Shown: positions 25,179 through 33,464 of the stretch, one piece after another
Numbering within the stretch: the stretch's first letter is position 1
Layout: each line of letters starts with the position of its first letter
Virus record (IMG/VR): IMGVR_UViG_3300006037_000017
Location: 1 to 37,342 of that record
Direction: 5' to 3' (one strand)
Source: a virus
Lineage: Duplodnaviria > Caudoviricetes
Length of the DNA stretch: 37,342 bases
Made by a program: the position numbers and the translations under genes
The notes under the pieces: generated by a model
The model's database searches: none
What the model was told of the DNA's origin: nothing
Seen by the model: the letters and a program-made list of their open reading frames with translations, nothing else

Positions 25179-25259
25179 CCCGCCCTCCGGCCGACGCACC
25201 AGACTTAGCCAGATGCGTCTACCCGAGTGCAGGTTTCCCCAATTCTCAGGACGTCACCA

Positions 25260-25685
25260 ATGCCCTACGCAACTCTCACCGATCTGATCGAGCGCGCCGG
25301 TGAAACCGAGATCCGGCAGATTGCTGACCGCGATCGCGACGGCACGCCGGATCCGGCCGTCGTTGACGCTGCACTCACCGATGCTGACAATGCGATCGAC
25401 GGCTATGTGTTCGCCCGCTATGCCCGCCCATTGCCCTCAATCCCTCCCGTCCTGAAAACTTGGGCGGTCGCGATCGCCCGCTACATCCTTCATCGCAACG
25501 GCGCACCGGATCACGTCGCACAAGACTACAAGGATGCCATCGCTTCCCTGAAGGATGTGGCGGCGGGCCGCTACTCTCTGCCAGTTGCGCCCGATGACCC
25601 CGCGCCGGTCAGCCAGACAGGTCAGGTGATGGCATCGCATCCCGACCAGGTGTTCACGCAGCAACGCTTGGCGGGGTGGCGCTGA
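25260..25685 (+). CDS. Head-tail connector (Mu gp36, DUF1320)
   Basis: MPYATLTDL...ALTDADNAIDGY...IARYIL...YKDAI. Confidence 0.9.
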   Translation: MPYATLTDLIERAGETEIRQIADRDRDGTPDPAVVDAALTDADNAIDGYVFARYARPLPSIPPVLKTWAVAIARYILHRNGAPDHVAQDYKDAIASLKDVAAGRYSLPVAPDDPAPVSQTGQVMASHPDQVFTQQRLAGWR

Positions 25686-26119
25686 TGTTGGCGGAGATCC
25701 GTGATCGCCTCGAGAGCCAGTTGTTGGGTCTTGGCCAGTGGCATGGCGTCGAATTCGCTGAAGATATCGACGCCATGTCTGATGCTGCGGCGCGGGCTGA
25801 CACCTGCACCGCCATTGTTGCACCGTGGCGTGAGCGCGCTGGCGACCAAACCCTTGCGTCTGGCGGTCATCGTCAGCTGGTCAAGGAACAGTTCTTGGTG
25901 GGCATCGTCGTGCGTGAGTATGACGGCGACCTGCCTGCGGAGCGGGCATCACGCTTTGACACCCTGAAATCCGACGTTGAGACCGCGCTGGCTGGCTGGG
26001 AGCCGGGCGCTGCGTTCGATCCCTGCCAACTGGTCGATGGAGAGAGCAGCCCGGTGACCACAGGTGTCAGCATTTACGTTCAAACTTGGCAGACCAGCCG
26101 TTTACTAACAGGAGCTTGA
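25685..26119 (+). CDS. Tail terminator/neck protein (gp37-like)
   Basis: Position after gp36; ALAGWEP motif. Confidence 0.7.
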   Translation: MLAEIRDRLESQLLGLGQWHGVEFAEDIDAMSDAAARADTCTAIVAPWRERAGDQTLASGGHRQLVKEQFLVGIVVREYDGDLPAERASRFDTLKSDVETALAGWEPGAAFDPCQLVDGESSPVTTGVSIYVQTWQTSRLLTGA

Positions 26120-26121
26120 CG

Positions 26122-26295
26122 ATGAAATTCCCCACCACCGGTGGCAGCCACGTCCGCGACGAGCGCGGCAAGCTGACCCAAGTTGAGGCCCCCACCAAGC
26201 CTGCGCCGGGACCAGGCGAAGATCTGGCACGGGCACCTGAAGCCCCGGCCGAGTCCGAGGCTGTTTCTGCTGTCAAATCCAGAGGAGCGAAATAA
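26122..26295 (+). CDS. Small hypothetical protein
   Basis: SD AGGAG; PTTGGSHVRD; TAATG coupling to the tube gene. Confidence 0.65.
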   Translation: MKFPTTGGSHVRDERGKLTQVEAPTKPAPGPGEDLARAPEAPAESEAVSAVKSRGAK

Positions 26296-27215
26296 TGCGC
26301 CGTTTCCGCAAGCTCGCGATCCTGCACAAGATCGAAACCACCTATGGCGTCAGCTCCGCGCCGATTGCCGCGAATGCGATTGTCGGCACCAACGTGACGT
26401 TTACGCCGATGGAGGGCGAAGAGGGCAGCCGCGATCTGCTGTTGCCATATCTCGGCAATCAGGGCGTGGTGCTGGCCGGTTTGCACGCCAAGCTGGAATT
26501 TGAGGTCGAAATGGCCGGTGCTGGCGCTGCTGGCTCCGCCCCGAAATACGCCTCCTTGCTGCGCGCCTGTGGCTTTGCCGAAACGCTGGCAGTCGGTGTT
26601 TCGGCCTCCTACTCGATCGTTGAAGACGGTGTTGAGAGTTCGACGCTGTTCTTCGAGATCGACGGCGTGCGTCACATCATGCTCGGAAGCCGGGGCGCAA
26701 TGAGCCTGAGCGTGAGCCCGAAGGGTATTCCCCGCTATCGTTTCACCCTGACTGGCCTTCTGAGCACGATCACGGATGAAGCTTTGACCTCTGTGACCAT
26801 GACAGGGTGGAAAACGCCTCTGGTGGCCTCGTCGGCAAACACCACGATGAGCCTGCACGGCTGGAGCGCAATCGCGGAATCACTGTCGATCGATTTAGGC
26901 AACGTGGTGACACCGCGTTTCCTGATCGGCTCGGAATCGGTGATCATCTCGGATCGCAAAGCCACGGGTCAGGCAGTTGTCGAAGCGAAATCGCTCGCCA
27001 CGATCGACTGGTTTGAGATTGCCCTCGATCGCACGCGGGGCGCGCTTTCGCTCGTGCACGGCAAAACCGCTGGCAACATCGTCGAAATCACCGCGCCAGC
27101 TGTTGAGATCGGCAAGGTCACCCAAGGCCAGACCAACGGCATCCTGAATTATTCGCTTCCGCTCTCGTTCTGCCCGGTCAACGGGCTGGACGAACTTCTG
27201 ATCGTCGTGAGGTAA
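26295..27215 (+). CDS. Major tail tube protein
   Basis: KIETTYG, LLRACGFAET, HGKTAGN; lies before the chaperones and tape measure; no sheath gene. Confidence 0.82.
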   Translation: MRRFRKLAILHKIETTYGVSSAPIAANAIVGTNVTFTPMEGEEGSRDLLLPYLGNQGVVLAGLHAKLEFEVEMAGAGAAGSAPKYASLLRACGFAETLAVGVSASYSIVEDGVESSTLFFEIDGVRHIMLGSRGAMSLSVSPKGIPRYRFTLTGLLSTITDEALTSVTMTGWKTPLVASSANTTMSLHGWSAIAESLSIDLGNVVTPRFLIGSESVIISDRKATGQAVVEAKSLATIDWFEIALDRTRGALSLVHGKTAGNIVEITAPAVEIGKVTQGQTNGILNYSLPLSFCPVNGLDELLIVVR

Positions 27216-27219
27216 CGCC

Positions 27220-27594
27220 ATGCAGTTCAAACTTTCCAAGTCGCACCGTTATTGGTGGCCGGTCACGGTTCTCATCCCCGACCCCGAAAACGCCGGCGTA
27301 TTCATCAAACAGGAACTCAAGCTCCAGTTTGAGCCGCTGGGGCGCGACGAGCAGCTGGCGGCGCAGGCAGAGGCCGCGAAACTCGTGACGATGGATGCGC
27401 TGATCGCGCACGAGGCCAAGCAGTCCATGCGGTTCATCAAGAACTGGGACGGCGTGGTCGACGACGACGGCCTACCCATCCCGTTTACGCCGGAACTCTT
27501 CGATCAGGCGATGCAGCAATCGTGGTTCCGGCAAGCGGTTCAAGAGGCGCTGCAGCAGTCGATGACGGGTGACAAGGCCCGGTTGGGAAACTGA
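27220..27594 (+). CDS. Tail assembly chaperone (lambda G analogue)
   Basis: NWDGVVDDDG.PIPFT; ends in slippery G GGA AAC TGA. Confidence 0.82.
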   Translation: MQFKLSKSHRYWWPVTVLIPDPENAGVFIKQELKLQFEPLGRDEQLAAQAEAAKLVTMDALIAHEAKQSMRFIKNWDGVVDDDGLPIPFTPELFDQAMQQSWFRQAVQEALQQSMTGDKARLGN

Positions 27595-27968
27595 CAGCCG
27601 CCGCGAGGGCATGGGCGCTCTCGCGGATCGGCCGCGCCGACACCACCGTCCCGGTCGAAGTGGATGACGATATCGCCGCCCAATTCGCCCGCTTGGGGGC
27701 GGTCGTGCCCAAAGACAACATCCCGGCCGAGATCGAAGCCGTCGAGATCATGGCCGGGAACCACGACACCTTCAGCGCTTGGCTCGCCTGCGAAACGCAG
27801 TGGCGCATGCGGCAGGGGATGGGGCCGCTCGTCCATGACGGTCTCGACTACAGCGCGGTCGACGTGGTGCTGCGCCGGTCGCGGCTGGAAGACCCCGACA
27901 CGGTCTTTAACGAGTTGCGGATGATGGAAGACGCGGCATTGGCCGCATTCAGGGAGACGGACAGGTGA
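27585..27968 (+). CDS. -1 frameshift extension of the chaperone (GT analogue, DUF1799-like)
   Basis: GGGAAAC at 27585-27591; the -1 frame is open (KLTAAARAW...TQWR...GLDYSAV...MEDAAL) to 27968. Confidence 0.82.
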   Translation, partial: GKLTAAARAWALSRIGRADTTVPVEVDDDIAAQFARLGAVVPKDNIPAEIEAVEIMAGNHDTFSAWLACETQWRMRQGMGPLVHDGLDYSAVDVVLRRSRLEDPDTVFNELRMMEDAALAAFRETDR

Positions 27969-30900
27969 GCGGCCAATCGCAGTTTAACATCGCGATGATC
28001 TTTCGGGCCGACGTCGCCGGTGCCAAGACCGGCGTCGGTGAAGTCACGACCTCAATGGATACTTTGTCGGCTGCCGCCACAAAGGCGACCGGTGTCACCC
28101 GTCAGCAGACCGCTGAGCTTCAAAGTCTAACACAGGCGGCCGCCAAGGCCGTTGGCGCGCAAGATCAGCTGGTGGCGGCTGAAAAGCGTGCAAGCGACGC
28201 GCGTGCGCGCGCAATGGTCGCGCCTTTGGCTAATCCGGCTGGATCGGTAGCACCGCTTCAAGCAACCTACAAAACAACCGAAACTTCGGTCGGATCGCTG
28301 CAACGGGCGATGACGGGCTTCACTGCCACGCTCGGCTCGCAGGGTCAGGAGATGCTCGAGCAGGCCGCAGCCACGCGGGTCTATCAATCTGCGCTGGACG
28401 ATGTTCGTGCGACTTTTAACCCGCTGTTTGCGGCGTCGCGCCAATATGAACAGCAGCTCGAACGCATTGCGCAGGCCGAGAAGATCGGCGCGATCAACGC
28501 GCGGGAAGCCGCTGCGGCGCGCACAGGCGCGGCTGAACGCTTGATGCCGACGCAGCCGGGGCAGCAACGTCCGGGTGGGGCGTCCAGCGCCTATGCGGCC
28601 AATATTGGCGCGCAAGGGTTTGACGTTGGTGTGACAGCCGCAATGGGCATGCACCCTGCAATGATCGGTCTGCAACAGGGTTCGCAACTGGCGGGCATTG
28701 CCCAGCAGATGGGTGGTGGGGCGACCGCTGCCAAGGCGATGGCGCAGGGGCTTCTGTCGATCTTCAACATGACCAGCCTCGTTACGATTGGTTTGGTGAC
28801 GCTGGGGGCAGTTGGTATTCAGGGACTGATGTCTCTCGCAGGCAACGCCAAGACGCTTGAAGAGCGAATGGGCGATCTGACCACGGCCTTTGAGCGATAC
28901 AAGTCCACAGCCGACCTCGCAGGCAGCAGTTCGGCAGATCTTGCCAGACAATTTGGTGCCGGAGCCGGAGCAGCCCAAGGCCTGTACACCATCCTAGCCA
29001 ATCTGGACCGGCTCTCACTCGATCAGAAGCTGAAAGCCACCAGCTCGGCTATCCGCGAAACGCTGGGCACGATGGCTGTCGACAATGGGCGCGGCGCAAA
29101 CGCGTCACAAATCACTGAGTTCTTCGCACTGCCCAATGCTGGCTATGGTGGGCGGAGCCCCTATGCCAATAGCCTGTCGTCTCTTGATCAATCGGTGCGC
29201 GATTTCGAGAAGGCTGATGGGATCGATGCACAGACAGCGGCTATGCAGAAGCTGCTCGGGCAGGTCAGTTATCTGGCCACTCTGAAGGGCGGTATTTCCG
29301 AGCAGGAACAAGGCTTGATCGACCTGATCAAAGAACAAGCTGACGTTCTGCTGGGCATTCAGGCTATCGAAACCGCCCGCAAAGAGACGATCAAACGTCA
29401 AGTCGAAGAGATGGTGCTGGGCTATCGGCAAGAAGCGGCCTTGCTGTCCGCAACAGCACAGTTCGGAGCCGACAGCTTGGCGGTTGAGAAGCTGAAAGCC
29501 CAGCAAGCCAGTGAAAATCTGGATATCCGGCTCGAAGAAATGGGCGTGCAGAAGGATAGCGCGCAGTGGCAAGAAGCCCATAACGCCCTGACAGAACAGC
29601 AGGCCGAACTGCTGAAGGCAGTTGTCGAGGCGGGTCGCGACCGCATTCGCGATCAACAGGATCAGCTTGCAGCGATTCTGCGCGAAACCTCTCTGATCGG
29701 GGCCAGCAATGCCGAGCGCCAGAAGGCGAATGCTCTGGCTGAAGCAGAAATCGAGATCCGCAAGCGGAAGCTGGTCGGGCTTGATGCAGAGGTGGAACGC
29801 TTCAAGGCAATCCAGAAGGCCGCGGCTGAGGCGCAGCGCGACGAGCAAAAAGCATTGGCCGATACCGTCAACCGCGCTGCAGGCGACGCATTCGACGCCC
29901 GGATTGCCGCTGAGTTGAACCCCTATGTGCGCGCCCAAATCGAGGGCGAAAAGGAATACGCTGCCCAGATCGCAAACAGCGCCAGCGAACAGGTCGCGGC
30001 GGCTGAAGCGGCTCGGGTGCGGGCGCGGGCTTTGTCGGAGCTCGAACAAACGCAGGCGGACTACCTGCGCACTCAGGCAGAAAGCACGCAGCAGCTCCAG
30101 TTGGAGATAGCCCTCATGGGGCAATCGGAGGCCGTCCGCACGCGCGTGCTGGCACTGGCACAGGCTGAACGCGAGATTGCCCGTCTTGGTCTTTCTGGCG
30201 ATCAGGCCGAACTCGTGCGGCGCAACACGGTCGCCCAGGTCGAAATGTCGCGTGAGATCGAGGCACAGGCCGACGCTTGGAAGCGCGTGCAATCTGCCGG
30301 AGAGGGCGCGATCGACGGCGTACTCGACAAGCTGCGCGGGGGCGATATCGGCGGTGCATTCGAGGAAATGATTGGCGAGATCGAAAAGGGCTTCTTCGAT
30401 CTTGCGGTGCGCAATCCTCTGAAAAACGCCCTGTTCGGCACCAATCTTGGCACGCTTGGCGATGTTGGCGGGCTGCAAGGCATCTGGGCGCAACTGAGCG
30501 GGAAACGCCCGGTGGATGAGGCGGCACTGGTATCGCGGGCGACGACTTCGGTGCAATCCATGACGGTCAGCGCGATGAATCTGACCCTGACCGGACCCGG
30601 TTTTAGCTCGCTCTTGTCTGCCAACGGTGCTGCAAATATGGCTGGAGCGCCTCTCGGTGCCGGTATTGGCGGGCTGTCAGGTTCGGGTGATGTTCAATCA
30701 CAGGTGTGGTCATACTTTACCGCTAAGGGTCTCGCGCCTCATCAGGTCGCGGCGATCATGGGCAATGTTCAAGGCGAGAGCGGCTTTAATCCGCTGGCAG
30801 TTGGTGACGCTGGCACGTCTTTCGGGCTGTTTCAGCATCATGCCGGGCGGGGCCAAGGCCTGCTGAATGCCGTCGGCGGGCAATCTGGCTTGGGCAATGT

Positions 30901-31636
30901 GAACGCCCAGCTTGAGTATGTCTGGAAGGAGTTGCAGACCTCAGAAAACGGTGCGCTGCAGAAGCTGCTGGCCTCAACCAATGTCGGCGATGCGACGAAC
31001 GCTTGGATGCGTGGCTTCGAACGCCCGTCCAACGATGCGATGGCCGAAAGCTGGCCTAAGCGCCTTGGCGCTGCAGAAGCGGCGCTGGCAAAGTTCCAGA
31101 ACACCACCACCACGACGGCGCAAGGGCTAGGCACGCTCGGCACCGGCTTTGACGTGTTCGGGTCTGCGCTTGCGCAGGGTCTTTCCGGTGCTGGCAACGG
31201 CGGCGGCTCGGGTGGCTTTCTGTCGGCGCTCATCGGCAGTCTCGCCGGTGCTATCGGCATTCCCGGTTTTGCCGATGGCGGGGACTTCTGGGGCGGTCTG
31301 CGCATCGTTGGCGAAAACGGCCCCGAACTGGAGGCAACCGGCGCGTCGCGGATTTGGACCGCGTCGCAGACCCGCGATATCCTGACATCGCGGAGCATGC
31401 CGAACGCCGCCAACAGCAATGGATCAGTCATCCAGTTGCAGCCGGTGCTGGTCAACAACACCTCGCGTCCGGTCGATCTGCAAGTTGAGGAAACTACGGA
31501 TGCACGCGGTCAGCGCCAGCAGCGCTGGATTGTTTCCGAGCTGGTTGGCGAAGGCATGGCCACGCCGGGCGGCAAGGGTGCCAAGACCATGAAATCGACC
31601 TTCGGCATGACCCGTGTCGGCAGGAGCCGGACATGA
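27965..31636 (+). CDS. Tape measure protein with phage tail lysozyme domain
   Basis: 1223 aa, Ala/Gln-rich; lambda-type GLQQGSQL motif; AAIMGNVQGESGFNP...FGLFQH...GFERP. Confidence 0.93.
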   Translation: MSGQSQFNIAMIFRADVAGAKTGVGEVTTSMDTLSAAATKATGVTRQQTAELQSLTQAAAKAVGAQDQLVAAEKRASDARARAMVAPLANPAGSVAPLQATYKTTETSVGSLQRAMTGFTATLGSQGQEMLEQAAATRVYQSALDDVRATFNPLFAASRQYEQQLERIAQAEKIGAINAREAAAARTGAAERLMPTQPGQQRPGGASSAYAANIGAQGFDVGVTAAMGMHPAMIGLQQGSQLAGIAQQMGGGATAAKAMAQGLLSIFNMTSLVTIGLVTLGAVGIQGLMSLAGNAKTLEERMGDLTTAFERYKSTADLAGSSSADLARQFGAGAGAAQGLYTILANLDRLSLDQKLKATSSAIRETLGTMAVDNGRGANASQITEFFALPNAGYGGRSPYANSLSSLDQSVRDFEKADGIDAQTAAMQKLLGQVSYLATLKGGISEQEQGLIDLIKEQADVLLGIQAIETARKETIKRQVEEMVLGYRQEAALLSATAQFGADSLAVEKLKAQQASENLDIRLEEMGVQKDSAQWQEAHNALTEQQAELLKAVVEAGRDRIRDQQDQLAAILRETSLIGASNAERQKANALAEAEIEIRKRKLVGLDAEVERFKAIQKAAAEAQRDEQKALADTVNRAAGDAFDARIAAELNPYVRAQIEGEKEYAAQIANSASEQVAAAEAARVRARALSELEQTQADYLRTQAESTQQLQLEIALMGQSEAVRTRVLALAQAEREIARLGLSGDQAELVRRNTVAQVEMSREIEAQADAWKRVQSAGEGAIDGVLDKLRGGDIGGAFEEMIGEIEKGFFDLAVRNPLKNALFGTNLGTLGDVGGLQGIWAQLSGKRPVDEAALVSRATTSVQSMTVSAMNLTLTGPGFSSLLSANGAANMAGAPLGAGIGGLSGSGDVQSQVWSYFTAKGLAPHQVAAIMGNVQGESGFNPLAVGDAGTSFGLFQHHAGRGQGLLNAVGGQSGLGNVNAQLEYVWKELQTSENGALQKLLASTNVGDATNAWMRGFERPSNDAMAESWPKRLGAAEAALAKFQNTTTTTAQGLGTLGTGFDVFGSALAQGLSGAGNGGGSGGFLSALIGSLAGAIGIPGFADGGDFWGGLRIVGENGPELEATGASRIWTASQTRDILTSRSMPNAANSNGSVIQLQPVLVNNTSRPVDLQVEETTDARGQRQQRWIVSELVGEGMATPGGKGAKTMKSTFGMTRVGRSRT

Positions 31637-32052
31637 TCATGGAATGGCCCCCCACCTTGCCCCGGCCGGAGCGCTCCAGTTGGCAGCTCACCTCGCAGGA
31701 TGCGCGCCGCAAGCGTCAATCCGATGCAGGGCCTCCGGCTTACCGTCGGCGGTTTTCGTCGGTGGCAAAGCTGGTGACGTTGTCGCTCGTGCTGACGCGC
31801 GGCCAGCGTCAGGTTTTCGACCAGTTTTTCCACGACCACTGCTCCGAGGGTTCGCGGCTGTTCTACATGCCCGATCCCACCACGGAAGGTTGGCCACTGC
31901 TGACCTCTGAAGGCGTGCCGCTGCTGGTGTCACCCGGCGTGCCACTGCTGCTGTCGGGCCGCTGGCTCTGTGCGTGGGGTGATCAGGTGCCGACAGAGAC
32001 GGTGCAGGGCCGCGAATTCCGCAAGGCGTTCGGCGTCGTGGTGCTGCCATGA
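31633..32052 (+). CDS. Distal tail protein-like
   Basis: WPPTLPRP, DAGPP..RRRFS; follows the tape measure gene. Confidence 0.7.
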   Translation: MIMEWPPTLPRPERSSWQLTSQDARRKRQSDAGPPAYRRRFSSVAKLVTLSLVLTRGQRQVFDQFFHDHCSEGSRLFYMPDPTTEGWPLLTSEGVPLLVSPGVPLLLSGRWLCAWGDQVPTETVQGREFRKAFGVVVLP

Positions 32053-32576
32053 GCCGCCGCCTCTCCCTCAATGCCCGCCAAGCCCAGGACGCGATGGCTT
32101 CCTCCGAGATCGAGGTGGCGCTGATCTTGGTCGAACATCCCGACCTTGCAGCGCCGATCCGGCTCTCGACTGACAACACCGAACGGATTTCTGAGGATCC
32201 GCTCTATTATGGCACCCGCTCGAACTGGCGCGGCGCGAACCCGGTGACGGAACCATTCCTTTGGGTCATCGCCTCGGCCGTGCTGCCCGGCGATGCAGAT
32301 GACGCACCCGCCAGCGCCCGGATCGTGGTGGCAAACCTCGATAGCGAAATGGTCTCGCTGCTGCGCTCGTTCACCGATCCCGCCACGATCAGCATCGCCG
32401 TGGTGATGGCCGACACGCCCGATCTGATCGAAGCGGAATGGGGCGGGCTGCAGCTGGTCTCGGCCGACATCAACGCGGGCGAGATCACGCTGCAGATCAG
32501 CCGCGACGAGGTCGAGCTTGAAATGTTTCCCCCCGGCCGCATGACGCGGATGAACTTTCCGGGGCTGCACCCATGA
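32049..32576 (+). CDS. Tail tip protein (DUF1833-like)
   Basis: EHPDLAAPIRL...LPGD...TPDLIE...FPGL. Confidence 0.72.
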   Translation: MSRRLSLNARQAQDAMASSEIEVALILVEHPDLAAPIRLSTDNTERISEDPLYYGTRSNWRGANPVTEPFLWVIASAVLPGDADDAPASARIVVANLDSEMVSLLRSFTDPATISIAVVMADTPDLIEAEWGGLQLVSADINAGEITLQISRDEVELEMFPPGRMTRMNFPGLHP

Positions 32577-32597
32577 CCTCAAAGCAAAGGGAGAAGC

Positions 32598-32933
32598 CTA
32601 TGCAGGTTCAGAACTATCTTGCTCGCCTTTGGCAGCTTGTTCGGCGGCGCGTTTCGACGACACCTCCGCATTTTCCTGTTCAATCGCGTCTGCAAGATCT
32701 CGAAAAAAGGCTGGAAGCGCTTGAGCAGCTAAATCTTCGACCTTCCGATAAGTGTGATCTGAGCCGTCGAGTTGCACGGGTAGAGTTATCCGGATTGTGT
32801 TCTCAGCCGCTGCACGTTCGTTCCCGTGGACGCAGGCAATGAGAAAGGTGGCCTCGAAGAAATCGCGCTGCTCATCTTCGCCGTCGGCGCGGTTAAAGCA
32901 GATGCTGCCATTCTGCATCGAAGTAATTTCCAT
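32598..32933 (-). CDS. Antisense moron, hypothetical acidic protein
   Basis: SD GAGAGGA and a leader hairpin upstream; natural-looking composition; inserted between tail genes. Confidence 0.65.
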   Translation of the reverse strand: MEITSMQNGSICFNRADGEDEQRDFFEATFLIACVHGNERAAAENTIRITLPVQLDGSDHTYRKVEDLAAQALPAFFRDLADAIEQENAEVSSKRAAEQAAKGEQDSSEPA

Positions 32934-33044
32934 TCAAATCGTCCTCTCGTGGGTGAAACGCGGGTGGATGAAGGTCGCGGAGCGGTGCTCGAACACCCTC
33001 CGCGACCGACGCTACACGGCCTTTTGCCAGACTGCGAGTCTGCG

Positions 33045-33464
33045 ATGAGCTGGTCTGACGCCTACATCGGCATCCCCTTCGCTGATCTCGGTCGCTCCCG
33101 CTCGGGCGTCGATTGCTATGGCTTGGCCTGTGTAATCTATGCGGGTGATCTGGGCATCGCTCTGCCCGATTATGTTGGGTCATATGCTTCGGCAACCGAG
33201 CGTGCCGAGATTTCCGCCCTGATGAAAGGGGCGACGGGAAGCTGGCGAGCCGTGACAGGCAAGGCTGCGCCTTACGATCTGGCGGTGTTCCGGCGTGGCA
33301 AGCTGACCACGCATGTAGGTATCGTGATCCGCCACGGCATGATGATCCACATGGAAGGCGAAGACGCGGCCAAGGTCGCAGATTATCGCAGCGGGCGCTG
33401 GAGCAGCCGTTTTGTCGGCCATTACAGGCACCATTCAAGAGCCGTTGAAGGGGGTATGCAATGA
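33045..33464 (+). CDS. NlpC/P60 tail tip protein (lambda K-like)
   Basis: YIGIPF..GRSRSGVDCYGL...HVGIV...MIH; start reassigned to 33045. Confidence 0.9.
   Translation: MSWSDAYIGIPFADLGRSRSGVDCYGLACVIYAGDLGIALPDYVGSYASATERAEISALMKGATGSWRAVTGKAAPYDLAVFRRGKLTTHVGIVIRHGMMIHMEGEDAAKVADYRSGRWSSRFVGHYRHHSRAVEGGMQ

Noticed and set aside
32980-32994. Second LexA box, GAGC-N7-GAAC, before the moron
   Set aside because: One mismatch, and better explained as part of the leader hairpin.
33218-33230. CTGATGA as a second hammerhead core
   Set aside because: Inside the NlpC coding sequence, without compatible stems or a GAAA/UH arrangement.
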